Assembly (NCBI GenBank): GCA_035431765.1
Contig: DAOMJL010000017.1
Location: 1 to 44,986 of the forward strand
Length of the DNA: 44,986 nucleotides
From: Spirochaetota bacterium
GTDB lineage: Bacteria > Spirochaetota > UBA4802 > JAGODF01
Direction of reading: 5' to 3'
The translations under genes and the position numbers were made by a program. A model generated the notes under the pieces. That model was not told where the DNA came from. It did not search any database and saw only the letters and a list, made by a program, of their open reading frames with translations. Within the stretch, counting starts at the first letter, position 1; every line of letters starts with the position of its first letter. This document shows positions 30,013 through 39,310 of the stretch, one piece after another.

Positions 30013-30047
30013 TGTTGTCAGACCGTGGATGACGCGGTCTGACAACA
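30013..30047 (+). terminator. perfect 13-bp hairpin between tuf and rpsJ (terminator or processing site)
   Basis: TGTTGTCAGACCG (30013-30025), 9-nt loop, CGGTCTGACAACA (30035-30047). The nearest T5 run (30059-30063) is 12 nt downstream, so this is not a canonical intrinsic terminator. Confidence 0.45.
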
Positions 30048-30110
30048 GTGTTAAGTTGTTTTTAAAAAGTAAATGTATTTCAATCCTATGAATAGGGCAA
30101 GGAAAGGAAA

Positions 30111-30428
30111 GTGGCAAATATTTCAACGCAGAAAATCAGAGTAAAACTACGGTCATTCGACGCAAAACTGCTTGACCAGTCAGCGGAAAAAATAGTTGCG
30201 ACTACTAACAGGAGTGGGGCAAAGATTGCTGGTCCGATCCCTCTGCCAACCAAAATAGAGCGATATTGTGTATTACGGTCTCCGCATGTTAACAAGAAGT
30301 CTCGTGAACAGTTTGAGATAAGAACTCATAAAAGATTGATTGATATTATCGATCCGAATGAAAACACAATTGAAGCACTAATGAAGTTGGAACTCCCCGC
30401 TGGTATCTCAGTTGATATTAAGTCCTAA
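30111..30428 (+). CDS. rpsJ: 30S ribosomal protein S10
   Basis: GTG start after [23 protein letters not shown]...LD.S...IV.T....GA...GPIPLPT...[25 protein letters not shown]. Confidence 0.96.
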   Translation: MANISTQKIRVKLRSFDAKLLDQSAEKIVATTNRSGAKIAGPIPLPTKIERYCVLRSPHVNKKSREQFEIRTHKRLIDIIDPNENTIEALMKLELPAGISVDIKS

Positions 30429-30513
30429 ACAACATTAAAACTCGCTATTCATCTTCCTCTATATTGATATGGGGGAGGGTGGATTTATATCATTTGTAAT
30501 ACGGGATAGTACG

Positions 30514-31131
30514 ATGAAAAAGGCTCTTGTTGGAAGAAAAAAGGGTATGACGCAATATATTTCCGAGGACGGGAAAGTAATTCCTGTGACTGTATGTGAG
30601 CTCGGTCCATGTGCTGTCGTACAAAAAAAGACAGTTGATAATGACGGCTATTCTGCGATAAAGCTGGGGTATCTAGATGTAAAAGAGACCAGGATCAACA
30701 AACCCCTCGGTGATGATTTAAAGAAAAAGGGAATCGGTCCGAAAAGGATTTTTCGTGAGGTTGATAACTTCGACGAATCCTTGGATGTGGGAAGTGTTGT
30801 GACCTGTGATATTTTCGATGAGAATCAGGAAGTAAGCGTTACTGGTGTTTCAAAAGGTAAGGGTTTTGCGGGCGTTATGAAGCGTCATGGTTTTGGTGGT
30901 GGTAAGATGACTCACGGGTCTCATTTTCACAGGGCACCGGGATCAGTTGGCGCCTGTGCCGATCCTGCTAAAATATGGAAAGGGCAGAAAATGCCGGGAA
31001 GACTTGGCGGGAAAAATGTTACCGCAAAAGGGCTAAGAATAGTGAAAGTGATTAAAGACAGGAATATTGTGCTTATTTCGGGATCGGTTCCCGGAAGAGT
31101 GGATTCCATAATCACCGTCAGAGAAAAATAG
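30514..31131 (+). CDS. rplC: 50S ribosomal protein L3
   Basis: MKKALVGRKKGMTQ is the usual L3 N-terminus, and FAGVMKRHGFGGG...HG is present. The track start 30469 would add 15 non-conserved residues. Confidence 0.93.
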   Translation: MKKALVGRKKGMTQYISEDGKVIPVTVCELGPCAVVQKKTVDNDGYSAIKLGYLDVKETRINKPLGDDLKKKGIGPKRIFREVDNFDESLDVGSVVTCDIFDENQEVSVTGVSKGKGFAGVMKRHGFGGGKMTHGSHFHRAPGSVGACADPAKIWKGQKMPGRLGGKNVTAKGLRIVKVIKDRNIVLISGSVPGRVDSIITVREK

Positions 31132-31142
31132 GTGGGCGTGCC

Positions 31143-31769
31143 ATGGTTATAGATAAGTATACAATTGATGGAAAAAAAAGCGGCCAGGTCGAGCTGGCAG
31201 AGAGTGTTTTTAACTCGAAAATTAATGATGTGCTGATTTATGAACTGGTCAAAGCGGCGAATGCGAATCTTCGTCAGGGTACGCATTGTGTAAAGGGGCG
31301 GTCTTTTGTGCGGGGTGGCGGAGCAAGGCCATGGAGGCAGAAAGGCACAGGGCGTGCGAGACAGGGAAGCATACGTGCACCTCAATGGAGGGGTGGTGGA
31401 ATAGTATTTGGCCCAACTCCAAGAGATTATAGAATTGATCTGCCAAAAAAAGTAAAAAGGGAAGCTTATAGATCACTTTTTTCATTAAAGGCAAAAGCAG
31501 GCGCAATTAAAGTAATTGAAGATTTTGAAATCGAGAATGGTAAAACAAGGGAAGTAGCTGCTATAGGAAAAGCGTTTAGCGTGAAAAAGGCTGTTCTTGT
31601 GACCGGTTCAGAGGATGTAAGATTAAAGAGGGCAATGAATAATCTTCCCAACTTCATGTTTAATAACGTGAACAGGATATCAGGGCGTGATATTTTTTAT
31701 TCCCAGACTCTTCTAATTACTGAAAGTGCAGTTAAGTTGTTGAATGAGAAATATTCCAAAGGTGAATAG
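31143..31769 (+). CDS. rplD: 50S ribosomal protein L4
   Basis: 208 aa. GGGARPWRQKGTGRARQGSIRAPQWRGGG.VFGP.PR.Y. Confidence 0.96.
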   Translation: MVIDKYTIDGKKSGQVELAESVFNSKINDVLIYELVKAANANLRQGTHCVKGRSFVRGGGARPWRQKGTGRARQGSIRAPQWRGGGIVFGPTPRDYRIDLPKKVKREAYRSLFSLKAKAGAIKVIEDFEIENGKTREVAAIGKAFSVKKAVLVTGSEDVRLKRAMNNLPNFMFNNVNRISGRDIFYSQTLLITESAVKLLNEKYSKGE

Positions 31770-31771
31770 CG

Positions 31772-32056
31772 ATGGATGTTAACGAAGTAATTATAAAACC
31801 GGTTCTTTCGGAAAAGTCCACTCAAATGGCTGAGCTTGGAAAGTATGTCTTTCGTGTGGCGATGAAAGCAAATAAGGTGATGATAAAGAGGGCGGTTAAA
31901 GAAATATTTGATGTTGAAACTGAACAGGTTAATGTCATTCGTGTAAGAGGCAGAAGAAAACGGGTTCGATATAAATACGGATATACTGCATCGTGGAAAA
32001 AGGCAATTGTTACCCTTAAGAAAGGGCAGAAGATAGAACTGTTTGAAGGTCAATAA
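31772..32056 (+). CDS. rplW: 50S ribosomal protein L23
   Basis: 94 aa. I.KPVLSEKS........YVF.V...ANK..IK.AV...F.V. Conserved position. Confidence 0.95.
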   Translation: MDVNEVIIKPVLSEKSTQMAELGKYVFRVAMKANKVMIKRAVKEIFDVETEQVNVIRVRGRRKRVRYKYGYTASWKKAIVTLKKGQKIELFEGQ

Positions 32057-32099
32057 TAACTGGGTTTGTGAAGATTGTATAGGTAAGAAGGTATAAAGT

Positions 32100-32924
32100 A
32101 TGGGCTTAAAAAAATTCAGGCCGGTCACGCCGACACAACGATATAAGACGGATTTAACGTTTGAAGAAATTACTACGACTGAACCGTATAAGCCTTTAAC
32201 TGTTGGCAAAAAGCAGTATGCTGGCAGAGGATTTAAAGGGCAGATAACTGTCCGGCGTAGAGGTGGTGGTCACAAGCGGAAATATAGAATAATTGATTTT
32301 AAAAGAGACAAATATGATATCGAAGGAAAAGTTGCTACTATAGAATACGATCCGAATCGATCTTCAAATATTGCTCTTATCAGCTATTCCGATGGTGAAA
32401 AGCGTTATATAGTCGCTCCTGACACATTGAAGGTTGGTGATGTTATAATTTCCAGTGAAAATGCTGAAATAAAAAAAGGAAATGCTCTTCCTCTGAAGAA
32501 AATTCCGCTGGGAACGGGTATTTACAATATTGAATTGCGTCATGGGCGCGGGGGGCAGCTTGTACGGTCTGCCGGTTCAACCGCACAGATAACGGCAAAA
32601 GAGGGCAGCTATTGCCTTGTGAAACTTCCATCAGGTGAAGTACGGAAAATTCATAAGGAGTGTTATGCGACAATCGGTGTTGTGGGTAATAAGGACCATG
32701 TGAATGTAAGTCTCGGGAAAGCCGGACGTTCACGCTGGCTAAACCGGCGTCCAAAAGTGCGCGGTGTTGCAATGAATCCTGTGGATCACCCCCTTGGAGG
32801 TGGTGAGGGCAAATCTTCAGGCGGTCGGCATCCGGTATCGCCTACGGGACAGCCTACAAAAGGATATAAAACAAGAAAGAAAAACAAGTACAGCAATAAT
32901 ATGATAGTTAAAAGAAGGAAGTAG
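32100..32924 (+). CDS. rplB: 50S ribosomal protein L2
   Basis: 274 aa. GRNN-like [27 protein letters not shown]-terminal [15 protein letters not shown]. Confidence 0.98.
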   Translation: MGLKKFRPVTPTQRYKTDLTFEEITTTEPYKPLTVGKKQYAGRGFKGQITVRRRGGGHKRKYRIIDFKRDKYDIEGKVATIEYDPNRSSNIALISYSDGEKRYIVAPDTLKVGDVIISSENAEIKKGNALPLKKIPLGTGIYNIELRHGRGGQLVRSAGSTAQITAKEGSYCLVKLPSGEVRKIHKECYATIGVVGNKDHVNVSLGKAGRSRWLNRRPKVRGVAMNPVDHPLGGGEGKSSGGRHPVSPTGQPTKGYKTRKKNKYSNNMIVKRRK

Positions 32925-32926
32925 AC

Positions 32927-33211
32927 ATGTCAAGATCAATAAAGAAAGGGCCGTTTATTGATATCAAGTTGTTCAAGAAAATTGAGGAAATGAATTCCTC
33001 AAATCAAAGAAAAGCCATAAAAACATGGTCGAGAAGGTCTACAATTTTCCCTGAGATGATTGGCCATACGATAATGGTTCATAATGGTAAAAACTTTATT
33101 CCAGTATATGTTAATGAGAATATGGTGGGCCATAAACTTGGTGAGTTTTCTCCGACAAGGACATACCGGGGTCACACGAGCAAAGATGATAAAGTAGCCA
33201 AAAGAAGATAA
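32927..33211 (+). CDS. rpsS: 30S ribosomal protein S19
   Basis: [14 protein letters not shown]........[41 protein letters not shown]. Confidence 0.98.
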   Translation: MSRSIKKGPFIDIKLFKKIEEMNSSNQRKAIKTWSRRSTIFPEMIGHTIMVHNGKNFIPVYVNENMVGHKLGEFSPTRTYRGHTSKDDKVAKRR

Positions 33212-33227
33212 GATTAGAGGATCGGAC

Positions 33228-33566
33228 ATGGAATCAAAATCAGTATCAAAATATAATAGAATTTCAGCCTCAAAGACAAGACTTGTGGCGAATGAAATAC
33301 GCGGGTATTCATTTCCTGAGGCCGTCGATATCCTGAAAGCAATTCCGCGGAAAGCATCCAAGCTTATCTTGAGTACGCTGTATTCAGCCGGAGCAAATGC
33401 TAAATATAAGAATCCGGAAGTTCTTGATGATTCGCTTTACATAAAAAAAATCACTGTGGATGAAGGGCCGACCCTAAAAAGATTTCGTGCCAGAGCAAGG
33501 GGCAGGGCGGGGCGAATCAGAAAAAGAACAAGTAATATTACTATAATTTTATCTAACGAGAACTGA
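33228..33566 (+). CDS. rplV: 50S ribosomal protein L22
   Basis: 112 aa. R.SA.K.RLVA..IRG....A..IL...P.KAS..I...L.SA.ANA...VDEGP.LKR...RA.GRA..I.KRTS.I. Confidence 0.96.
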   Translation: MESKSVSKYNRISASKTRLVANEIRGYSFPEAVDILKAIPRKASKLILSTLYSAGANAKYKNPEVLDDSLYIKKITVDEGPTLKRFRARARGRAGRIRKRTSNITIILSNEN

Positions 33567-33595
33567 GTCGTTAATAAAAGAGCAAGGGAAAAGCA

Positions 33596-34270
33596 ATGGG
33601 TCAAAAAGTTAATCCAATAGGTTTCAGAGTCGGTGTTATAAGAGGATGGGATTCTGTATGGTATGAAGCAAAAAAGAATTATGCGAAGTACCTTCATGAG
33701 GATCTTAAAATAAAGAAGTTTATTGAAAAGAATAATAAGAATGCGGGTATTGCGCGGATAATAGTTGAGCGACTCCACGATCGGGTTAATGTTAACATAC
33801 ATGCGGCAAGACCGGGATTGCTGATCGGAAGGAAGGGGGCCGATATTGATAAACTTAAGGCTGATATCCAGAAGATTGCTTCAAAGAATGTTTATATAAA
33901 TATTGTAGAAATAAAAAAACCAGAGAAAAATGCAACGCTTATTGCGCAACAAATTGCTCAGCAGCTTGAGGGACGTTTCCCATACAGAAGGGCTACCAAG
34001 CAGGCTATTACCGGCGCAATTCGTGGTGGTGCCTTGGGGATAAAGGTTAATGTTTCCGGGCGTTTGAATGGCGCTGAAATGTCCAGGTCTGAGTCTTATA
34101 AAGAAGGGAGAATTCCTCTTCATACTTTGAGAGCTGACATCGATTATGGTTTTGCTGAAGCATTAACAACTTTCGGTCTCATCGGTGTGAAGGTGTGGAT
34201 ATATAATGGTGAAGTATTATCGAATCGGGAAGAAACGGAAGAAAGTAAATATTCTGTTAAGAGAAAGTAG
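33596..34270 (+). CDS. rpsC: 30S ribosomal protein S3
   Basis: MGQKVNPIGFR.G....W.S.W...K.Y...L.ED..I...I, KH domain, RLNGAEMSRSE.Y.EGR.PLHTLRADIDY. Confidence 0.98.
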   Translation: MGQKVNPIGFRVGVIRGWDSVWYEAKKNYAKYLHEDLKIKKFIEKNNKNAGIARIIVERLHDRVNVNIHAARPGLLIGRKGADIDKLKADIQKIASKNVYINIVEIKKPEKNATLIAQQIAQQLEGRFPYRRATKQAITGAIRGGALGIKVNVSGRLNGAEMSRSESYKEGRIPLHTLRADIDYGFAEALTTFGLIGVKVWIYNGEVLSNREETEESKYSVKRK

Positions 34271-34293
34271 AATTTGCAGAAAGGTGATGCACT

Positions 34294-34704
34294 ATGTTAA
34301 TGCCTAAAAGAGTTAAATACAGAAAGAGACAACGCGGAAGGATGCGCGGTAAAGCGTATAGAGGATCGACAATCTCTTTCGGTGAACATGCAATAAAAGC
34401 GACTGAATGTGGAAAGATAACGAGCCGACAGATTGAGGCTGCCCGGGTTGCCATCACGCGTAAAGTAAAGCGTGGTGGGAAGATTTGGATCCGGATATTT
34501 CCGGATATTCCCTTTACCAAGAAACCTGCAGAAACGAGAATGGGAAAAGGGAAAGGTAATCCTGAAGGCTGGCATGCATTAATAAAACCGGGCAGGATTC
34601 TATTCGAAATTTCAGGTGTTGATAGTGAGGCTGCGAAGGAAGCGTTGAAAATGGCTTCATTTAAGTTGCCTGTTAAGACCAGAATCGTTTCAGTCGAAAA
34701 ATAG
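34294..34704 (+). CDS. rplP: 50S ribosomal protein L16
   Basis: [20 protein letters not shown]....FG...LKA.E...IT.RQIEAAR.A..R..KRGGK.WIR.FPD.P.T.KPAE.RMGKGKG.PE.W. Confidence 0.98.
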   Translation: MLMPKRVKYRKRQRGRMRGKAYRGSTISFGEHAIKATECGKITSRQIEAARVAITRKVKRGGKIWIRIFPDIPFTKKPAETRMGKGKGNPEGWHALIKPGRILFEISGVDSEAAKEALKMASFKLPVKTRIVSVEK

Positions 34705-34735
34705 ATTTTTTATATATAGAGTTGAGGTAGGTGTA

Positions 34736-34945
34736 ATGAAGGGCAAGTTGGAAGAACTTACCATGGAAGAGCTTGATAGGATGCTTCGTGAGAATCGCGA
34801 GGAGCTTCGTAAGGAGCGTTTCAAAGCTGTAACAAGTAAGCTTGATAATCCTAAAAAGATTCAGGAATTGAAGAAGAGCATTGCAAGGATATTAACTCTT
34901 AAAAACGAATATAAGCTTGGAATTCGGACTTCAAGAGTTTCGTAA
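34736..34945 (+). CDS. rpmC: 50S ribosomal protein L29
   Basis: 69 aa. EL..EL..LR.E....RF......L.N...I...KK.IARI.T. Conserved position between rplP and rpsQ. Confidence 0.9.
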   Translation: MKGKLEELTMEELDRMLRENREELRKERFKAVTSKLDNPKKIQELKKSIARILTLKNEYKLGIRTSRVS

Positions 34946-34969
34946 AATTAAAAACTGTGGTGATGTTTC

Positions 34970-35224
34970 ATGGAAACCAAAAATAAGAAGCAGTATATCG
35001 GCAAGGTCATCAGCAACAAAATGGAAAAAACAATTGTTGTTGAAGTTGAAGGGATGAAAATGCACAAGCTGTACAAAAAGTCTGTACGGCACAGCAAAAG
35101 AATTAAATCTCACGACGACAAAAACGAATGTGGTATTGGCGATGTCGTTAAAATTGTGGAAACGAGGCCCTTGTCTAAGGATAAAAGATTCAGGCTTCTT
35201 GAAGTAATCCAGAAGGCGAAGTAG
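34970..35224 (+). CDS. rpsQ: 30S ribosomal protein S17
   Basis: 84 aa. G.V.S.KM.KT.VV.VE......LY.K....SK....HD..NE...GD.V.I.E.RPLSK.K. Confidence 0.95.
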   Translation: METKNKKQYIGKVISNKMEKTIVVEVEGMKMHKLYKKSVRHSKRIKSHDDKNECGIGDVVKIVETRPLSKDKRFRLLEVIQKAK

Positions 35225-35234
35225 AGGTTAGAAA

Positions 35235-35627
35235 ATGATACAGGTAGAAACAATCCTGGATGTTGCTGATAACAGTGGTGTAAAAAAGGTTCAATGTATA
35301 AGAATATTGGGCGGCACCGGCAGGCGATATGCAACAGTGGGCGATATAATTATTGTCGCAGTAAAAGATTCCCATCCTTCATATGGGTTAAAAGATTCTT
35401 CAGGAAAGAAAGTTCATACGAAAGCTGTTTTACGGGCTGTTGTGGTGAGAGCAAAAAAAGCTGTTCGTAGAAATGATGGGACATATATAAGATTTGATGA
35501 CAATGCAGTTGCTATTATCGATCTCAAAGGTGAACCGAAGGGGTCACGGATTTTTGGGCCTGTTGCCCGTGAATTGCGGGATAAAAATTTTATGAAAATT
35601 GTGTCATTAGCACCAGAAGTGTTATAA
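35235..35627 (+). CDS. rplN: 50S ribosomal protein L14
   Basis: [31 protein letters not shown]...[11 protein letters not shown]...FMKI.SLAPEVL. 130 aa, with an ~8-aa internal insertion relative to E. coli L14 as I remember it. Confidence 0.97.
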   Translation: MIQVETILDVADNSGVKKVQCIRILGGTGRRYATVGDIIIVAVKDSHPSYGLKDSSGKKVHTKAVLRAVVVRAKKAVRRNDGTYIRFDDNAVAIIDLKGEPKGSRIFGPVARELRDKNFMKIVSLAPEVL

Positions 35628-35640
35628 ACAGGTGGTTATC

Positions 35641-35958
35641 ATGAATAAGTCGATTATTAAAAAGAACGACAGCGTGGTGGTTGTCTATGGAAAGGACAGG
35701 GGAAGCAGGGGGAAAGTTCTCTTTGTTGATACCAAGCGTAATCGTGTTGTTGTTGAAGGTGTTAATAAAAAGAAAAAATATCTCAAGCCTTCAAATGAAA
35801 ACCCTAAAGGCGGTGTTATCAGCATAGAATATCCAATCAATTTGTCAAATGTAATGGTATTCTGTGAAAAATGTAAAAAAGCCGTCCGTCTCGGAATGAA
35901 TATAAATGGTGAGAAGAAAGTTAGAGTTTGTAAAAAATGTAACAAGACATTAGACTAA
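35641..35958 (+). CDS. rplX: 50S ribosomal protein L24 (with CxxC...CxxC)
   Basis: KKND.V.V..GKD.G.RGKV KOW motif. AGGTGG sits 6 nt before ATG 35641 (the track start GTG 35632 lies within the RBS). C75/C78/C97/C100. Confidence 0.95.
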   Translation: MNKSIIKKNDSVVVVYGKDRGSRGKVLFVDTKRNRVVVEGVNKKKKYLKPSNENPKGGVISIEYPINLSNVMVFCEKCKKAVRLGMNINGEKKVRVCKKCNKTLD

Positions 35959-35971
35959 AGAGGTTGAAGTG

Positions 35972-36520
35972 ATGGCTGCAAGGCTGAAAGAAGAATTTAA
36001 TTCAACAATAAAAAAGAAATTGTTCGATAGCTTTAAATATAAATCGACGATGCAGGTTCCTAAACTTGAGAAGATTGTGCTTAACGTTGGTTTAGGTGAT
36101 GCGCATTCCAATCCAAATGCATTGAATGCCTCCATTGACGAGCTTTCTCTGATTACTGGCCAGAAAGCAGTGAAAACTGTTGCAAAAAAAGCCATATCTA
36201 ATTTTAAAATCAGAGAAGGATATGATGTTGGATGCAGGGTAACACTTCGTGGTGAGCGCATGTATGAGTTTCTTGATAGATTGATTAATATTTCGCTGCC
36301 CCGGGTACGGGACTTCAAGGGGTTATCGGCAAAGTCGTTTGATAATTTTGGTAATTATAATTTTTCGATAAGAGAACAGATAATATTTCCTGAAATTGAT
36401 TTCGATAAAGTTGATAAAATTCATGGTATAAACATTACCATTGTGACTACAGGAAATAATAAGGAAGAAACGAAAGCATTGCTTGATGAATTTAAAATGC
36501 CATTTAAAGAACAGGGGTAA
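35972..36520 (+). CDS. rplE: 50S ribosomal protein L5
   Basis: RLKE.....I...L...[18 protein letters not shown]......L......[21 protein letters not shown] 35972 lies 7 nt after AAAGAGG; GTG 35969 is also possible. Confidence 0.95.
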   Translation: MAARLKEEFNSTIKKKLFDSFKYKSTMQVPKLEKIVLNVGLGDAHSNPNALNASIDELSLITGQKAVKTVAKKAISNFKIREGYDVGCRVTLRGERMYEFLDRLINISLPRVRDFKGLSAKSFDNFGNYNFSIREQIIFPEIDFDKVDKIHGINITIVTTGNNKEETKALLDEFKMPFKEQG

Positions 36521-36525
36521 TAGTA

Positions 36526-36711
36526 GTGGCTAAGAAAAGTTTAATCGCAAAACACAGAAGTCCGGATAAATTTAAGGTCAGACATCATAACCGGTGTTTT
36601 ATTTGTGGAAGACCAAGGGGCTATTTAAGAAGATTTGATATGTGCAGGGTTTGTTTTCGAAAACTCGCAAATGAGGGTAAAATTCCCGGCGTTATGAAGT
36701 CGTCTTGGTAA
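36526..36711 (+). CDS. rpsZ: 30S ribosomal protein S14 type Z (zinc form)
   Basis: 61 aa. MAKKSLIAK......F.VR..NRC..CGRPRGY.R.F..CR.CFR.LA..G.IPGV.K.SW. CxxC...CxxC. GTG start. Confidence 0.95.
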   Translation: MAKKSLIAKHRSPDKFKVRHHNRCFICGRPRGYLRRFDMCRVCFRKLANEGKIPGVMKSSW

Positions 36712-36738
36712 TAATAGTAATAATGAGTGGAGCAAACA

Positions 36739-37140
36739 ATGGCTAGAGTTAGTGACCCGATCGCAGATATGTTAACAAGGCTGAGAAATGCAATTAAAGC
36801 AGGGCATTTAAAGACTGATGTTCCTTCTTCTAAATTAAAAGTTTCTATTGCGCGTATATTGAAAGATGAAGGATTTATAAAGAATTTTAAAATTATTGAT
36901 GATAAGAAACAAAAAATATTAAGAGTATATTTGAAATATAGTTCTGAAAACCAGCCTGCAATATTAAGTATGAAAAGGATAAGTCGACCTGGAAGGCGAG
37001 TGTATTTTAATGCAGAAAGATTAAGACCTGTTTATAATAATCTTGGTGTGTGGATTATATCCACTTCAAAAGGTGTTGTGACCAATAAAACTGCCAAAAG
37101 CCTGAATGTGGGCGGCGAAGTTCTTTGTGAGATATTATAA
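36739..37140 (+). CDS. rpsH: 30S ribosomal protein S8
   Basis: MARVSDPIADMLTRLRNA. GGAG sits 6 nt upstream of ATG 36739 (the track start 36727 is a GTG extension). Confidence 0.96.
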   Translation: MARVSDPIADMLTRLRNAIKAGHLKTDVPSSKLKVSIARILKDEGFIKNFKIIDDKKQKILRVYLKYSSENQPAILSMKRISRPGRRVYFNAERLRPVYNNLGVWIISTSKGVVTNKTAKSLNVGGEVLCEIL

Positions 37141-37162
37141 TCATTAACGAGAGAGAGTTGTC

Positions 37163-37708
37163 ATGTCAAGAATCGGAAAAAAACCAATACCAATCCCAAA
37201 AGATGTTACGGTAGATATAAACGGAAGAGTCCTGACGGTAAAAGGTAAGCTTGGAAGTGAAATACTAACTCTTGTGGGAGAAATGGAGCTTGAGTTAAAA
37301 GACGATACTCTTTTTGTTATTAACAAGGGTGCTCCTGAAGATAAGCAAAATCATGCATACCATGGTTTAATAAGATCACTTGTTGCCAATATGGTGACGG
37401 GTGTTTCCGCAGGTTTTGAGAGAAATCTTGAAATTGTTGGAGTAGGATACAGGGTAACGCAACAGAATAAAGATATAATGCTGCAGCTCGGATTTTCTCA
37501 TAATATCGAATTTGCTGCTCCGGAGGGTATAACTCTTGAAGTTGTTGATGCAACAAAATTAAAAATTAAAGGTGTAAATAAGCAACAGGTTGGACAGGTT
37601 GCTGCCAATATAAGAAAATTACGCCCGCCTGAACCATACAAGGGAAAAGGAATACGCTATTCTGGTGAACAGGTCAGAAGAAAAGCAGGAAAAGCAGGTA
37701 AGAAATAA
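37163..37708 (+). CDS. rplF: 50S ribosomal protein L6
   Basis: MSRIGKKPIPIPKDV.V.I.G....VKG.LG. C-terminal PEPYKGKGIRY.GE.VRRK.GK. The stop overlaps the rplR ATG (TAATG). Confidence 0.97.
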   Translation: MSRIGKKPIPIPKDVTVDINGRVLTVKGKLGSEILTLVGEMELELKDDTLFVINKGAPEDKQNHAYHGLIRSLVANMVTGVSAGFERNLEIVGVGYRVTQQNKDIMLQLGFSHNIEFAAPEGITLEVVDATKLKIKGVNKQQVGQVAANIRKLRPPEPYKGKGIRYSGEQVRRKAGKAGKK

Positions 37709-38070
37709 TGAACAGATTGAAATCAAAAACAAGAAGATATTTACGAAGACGTAAAAGTGTAAAATGTAAAATCAGAAATAATTTTAGCAAAATGAGGCTT
37801 TGTATCAGCAAAAGTAATAAAAACATTTTTGCTCAGATAATTGATGATAAACTAGGTCATACTCTTGTGTCAGTTGCGACGAATTGTAATGATTTCGAAT
37901 TCAAAAATAAGAAAAACCTGGAAGCTGCCGCAGGGCTGGGAAGGTTGATCGCAGAAAAGGCTGCACAAAAAGGTATCAAGGAAGTTGTTTTTGATAGAAA
38001 TGGTTACCTGTATCATGGAAAGGTTAAGGCCTTTGCTGACGCCGCGCGTGAAAGTGGACTGGAATTTTAG
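37708..38070 (+). CDS. rplR: 50S ribosomal protein L18
   Basis: 120 aa. R.RR..RVR.KI.......RL.V.KSN..I.AQ.IDD..G.TL.S..T, C-terminal V.FDR.GY.YHG.VKA.AD.ARE.GL.F. Confidence 0.96.
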   Translation: MNRLKSKTRRYLRRRKSVKCKIRNNFSKMRLCISKSNKNIFAQIIDDKLGHTLVSVATNCNDFEFKNKKNLEAAAGLGRLIAEKAAQKGIKEVVFDRNGYLYHGKVKAFADAARESGLEF

Positions 38071-38088
38071 CGCTTAGAGGAATGAAAT

Positions 38089-38607
38089 ATGAATATTAAG
38101 AGATTACATGTTGATCCTGAAGGTCTTGAACTTGAAGAAAAAGTGGTTACAATAAACAGAGTTGCCAAGGTCGTAAAAGGTGGTCGTCGATTTTCATTTA
38201 ATGCTTTGTCGGTAGTTGGTGATGGAAACGGACATGTCGGAATTGGTTTTGGGAAGGCAAATGAAGTGCCGGATGCAATACGGAAAAGTGTTGAAAATGC
38301 TAAAAAAAGTTTATACAAAGTTAATGTTAATAAAAATACAATACCCCATGAAATAATTGGAAAGTTTAAATCAGCACGGGTGATATTAAAACCTGCAACA
38401 CCCGGTACAGGTATTATTGCGGGAGGGCCAGTGCGTGCCGTTGTTGAAAGAGCAGGCATATCTGATGTTCTTGCAAAGTCACAGGGGTCCAGAAATCCGT
38501 TGAATATTGTTAAAGCAACTATAGATGGGTTAACTCAGTTAAGAACACTGAAAGAAGCCGCAGATTTACGGGATGTTCCCATCAGTAAACTTTGGGGTAG
38601 TAATTAA
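38089..38607 (+). CDS. rpsE: 30S ribosomal protein S5
   Basis: 172 aa. [35 protein letters not shown]. Confidence 0.97.
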   Translation: MNIKRLHVDPEGLELEEKVVTINRVAKVVKGGRRFSFNALSVVGDGNGHVGIGFGKANEVPDAIRKSVENAKKSLYKVNVNKNTIPHEIIGKFKSARVILKPATPGTGIIAGGPVRAVVERAGISDVLAKSQGSRNPLNIVKATIDGLTQLRTLKEAADLRDVPISKLWGSN

Positions 38608-38619
38608 GGGTTACGGAAA

Positions 38620-38808
38620 ATGGCAAAGAAGCTAAAGGTAAAGCAGATACGGAGTAAGATCGGATCGAAACCGAAGCAGCGTGCGACGCTTATGGCTCTT
38701 GGACTTCGAAGAATGAATGCTGAGCGTATACATGATAATACACCGGTGGTCCGTGGCATGATAAGGCACGTTGAACACATGGTGGAAGTTACAGAAATTG
38801 AAGAATAG
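38620..38808 (+). CDS. rpmD: 50S ribosomal protein L30
   Basis: 62 aa. K.LKV.Q.RS.IG...KQRATL.ALGLRR.N......DNTP..RGMI..V.HMV.V. Confidence 0.93.
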   Translation: MAKKLKVKQIRSKIGSKPKQRATLMALGLRRMNAERIHDNTPVVRGMIRHVEHMVEVTEIEE

Positions 38809-38825
38809 TATTGCGGGTTTATAAA

Positions 38826-39299
38826 ATGGAACAGTACAATTTAGTAAAACCGGTATCAGTTAAGTCTCGAAAGAGAGTTGGACGTGGAACGAGCAGTGGT
38901 TGTGGCAAGACATGTTCACGTGGCATGAATGGCCAGTTAAGCCGTTCAGGCAGCAAGAAGAGGGCATGGTTTGAGGGCGGTCAGATGCCAATTCAACGGC
39001 GTGTTCCAAAGAGAGGCTTTAATAATTTATTTAAAGAAACGTTTCAACTTGTAAATGTTTCAAGCATAGACAAAATTAATGATAGTGAAATTACGCCGGA
39101 AGTTATGAAAAAAAATGGTTTGATACGAAACATCAACCTGAAAGTGAAAGTAATGGGTGATGGGGATTTGACCAGGGCTGTTAAAATTAAAGCAGATAAA
39201 TTTACCGGTGCTGCAATTGAAAAAATTCAGAAAGCGGGTGGATCGTATGTGGTCCGGTCGAGGGATGAACTACGCAAATCCGTGAGTAAAGCTGATTAA
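38826..39299 (+). CDS. rplO: 50S ribosomal protein L15
   Basis: MEQYNLVKP....SRKRVGRGTSSG.GKT..RG..GQ.SRSG.....FEGGQMP..RR.PKRGF.N. ATG 38826 is preferred over the track start 38811 (a TTG beginning at the last base of the rpmD stop codon). Confidence 0.95.
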   Translation: MEQYNLVKPVSVKSRKRVGRGTSSGCGKTCSRGMNGQLSRSGSKKRAWFEGGQMPIQRRVPKRGFNNLFKETFQLVNVSSIDKINDSEITPEVMKKNGLIRNINLKVKVMGDGDLTRAVKIKADKFTGAAIEKIQKAGGSYVVRSRDELRKSVSKAD

Positions 39300-39310
39300 C
39301 TGGAGAATTC

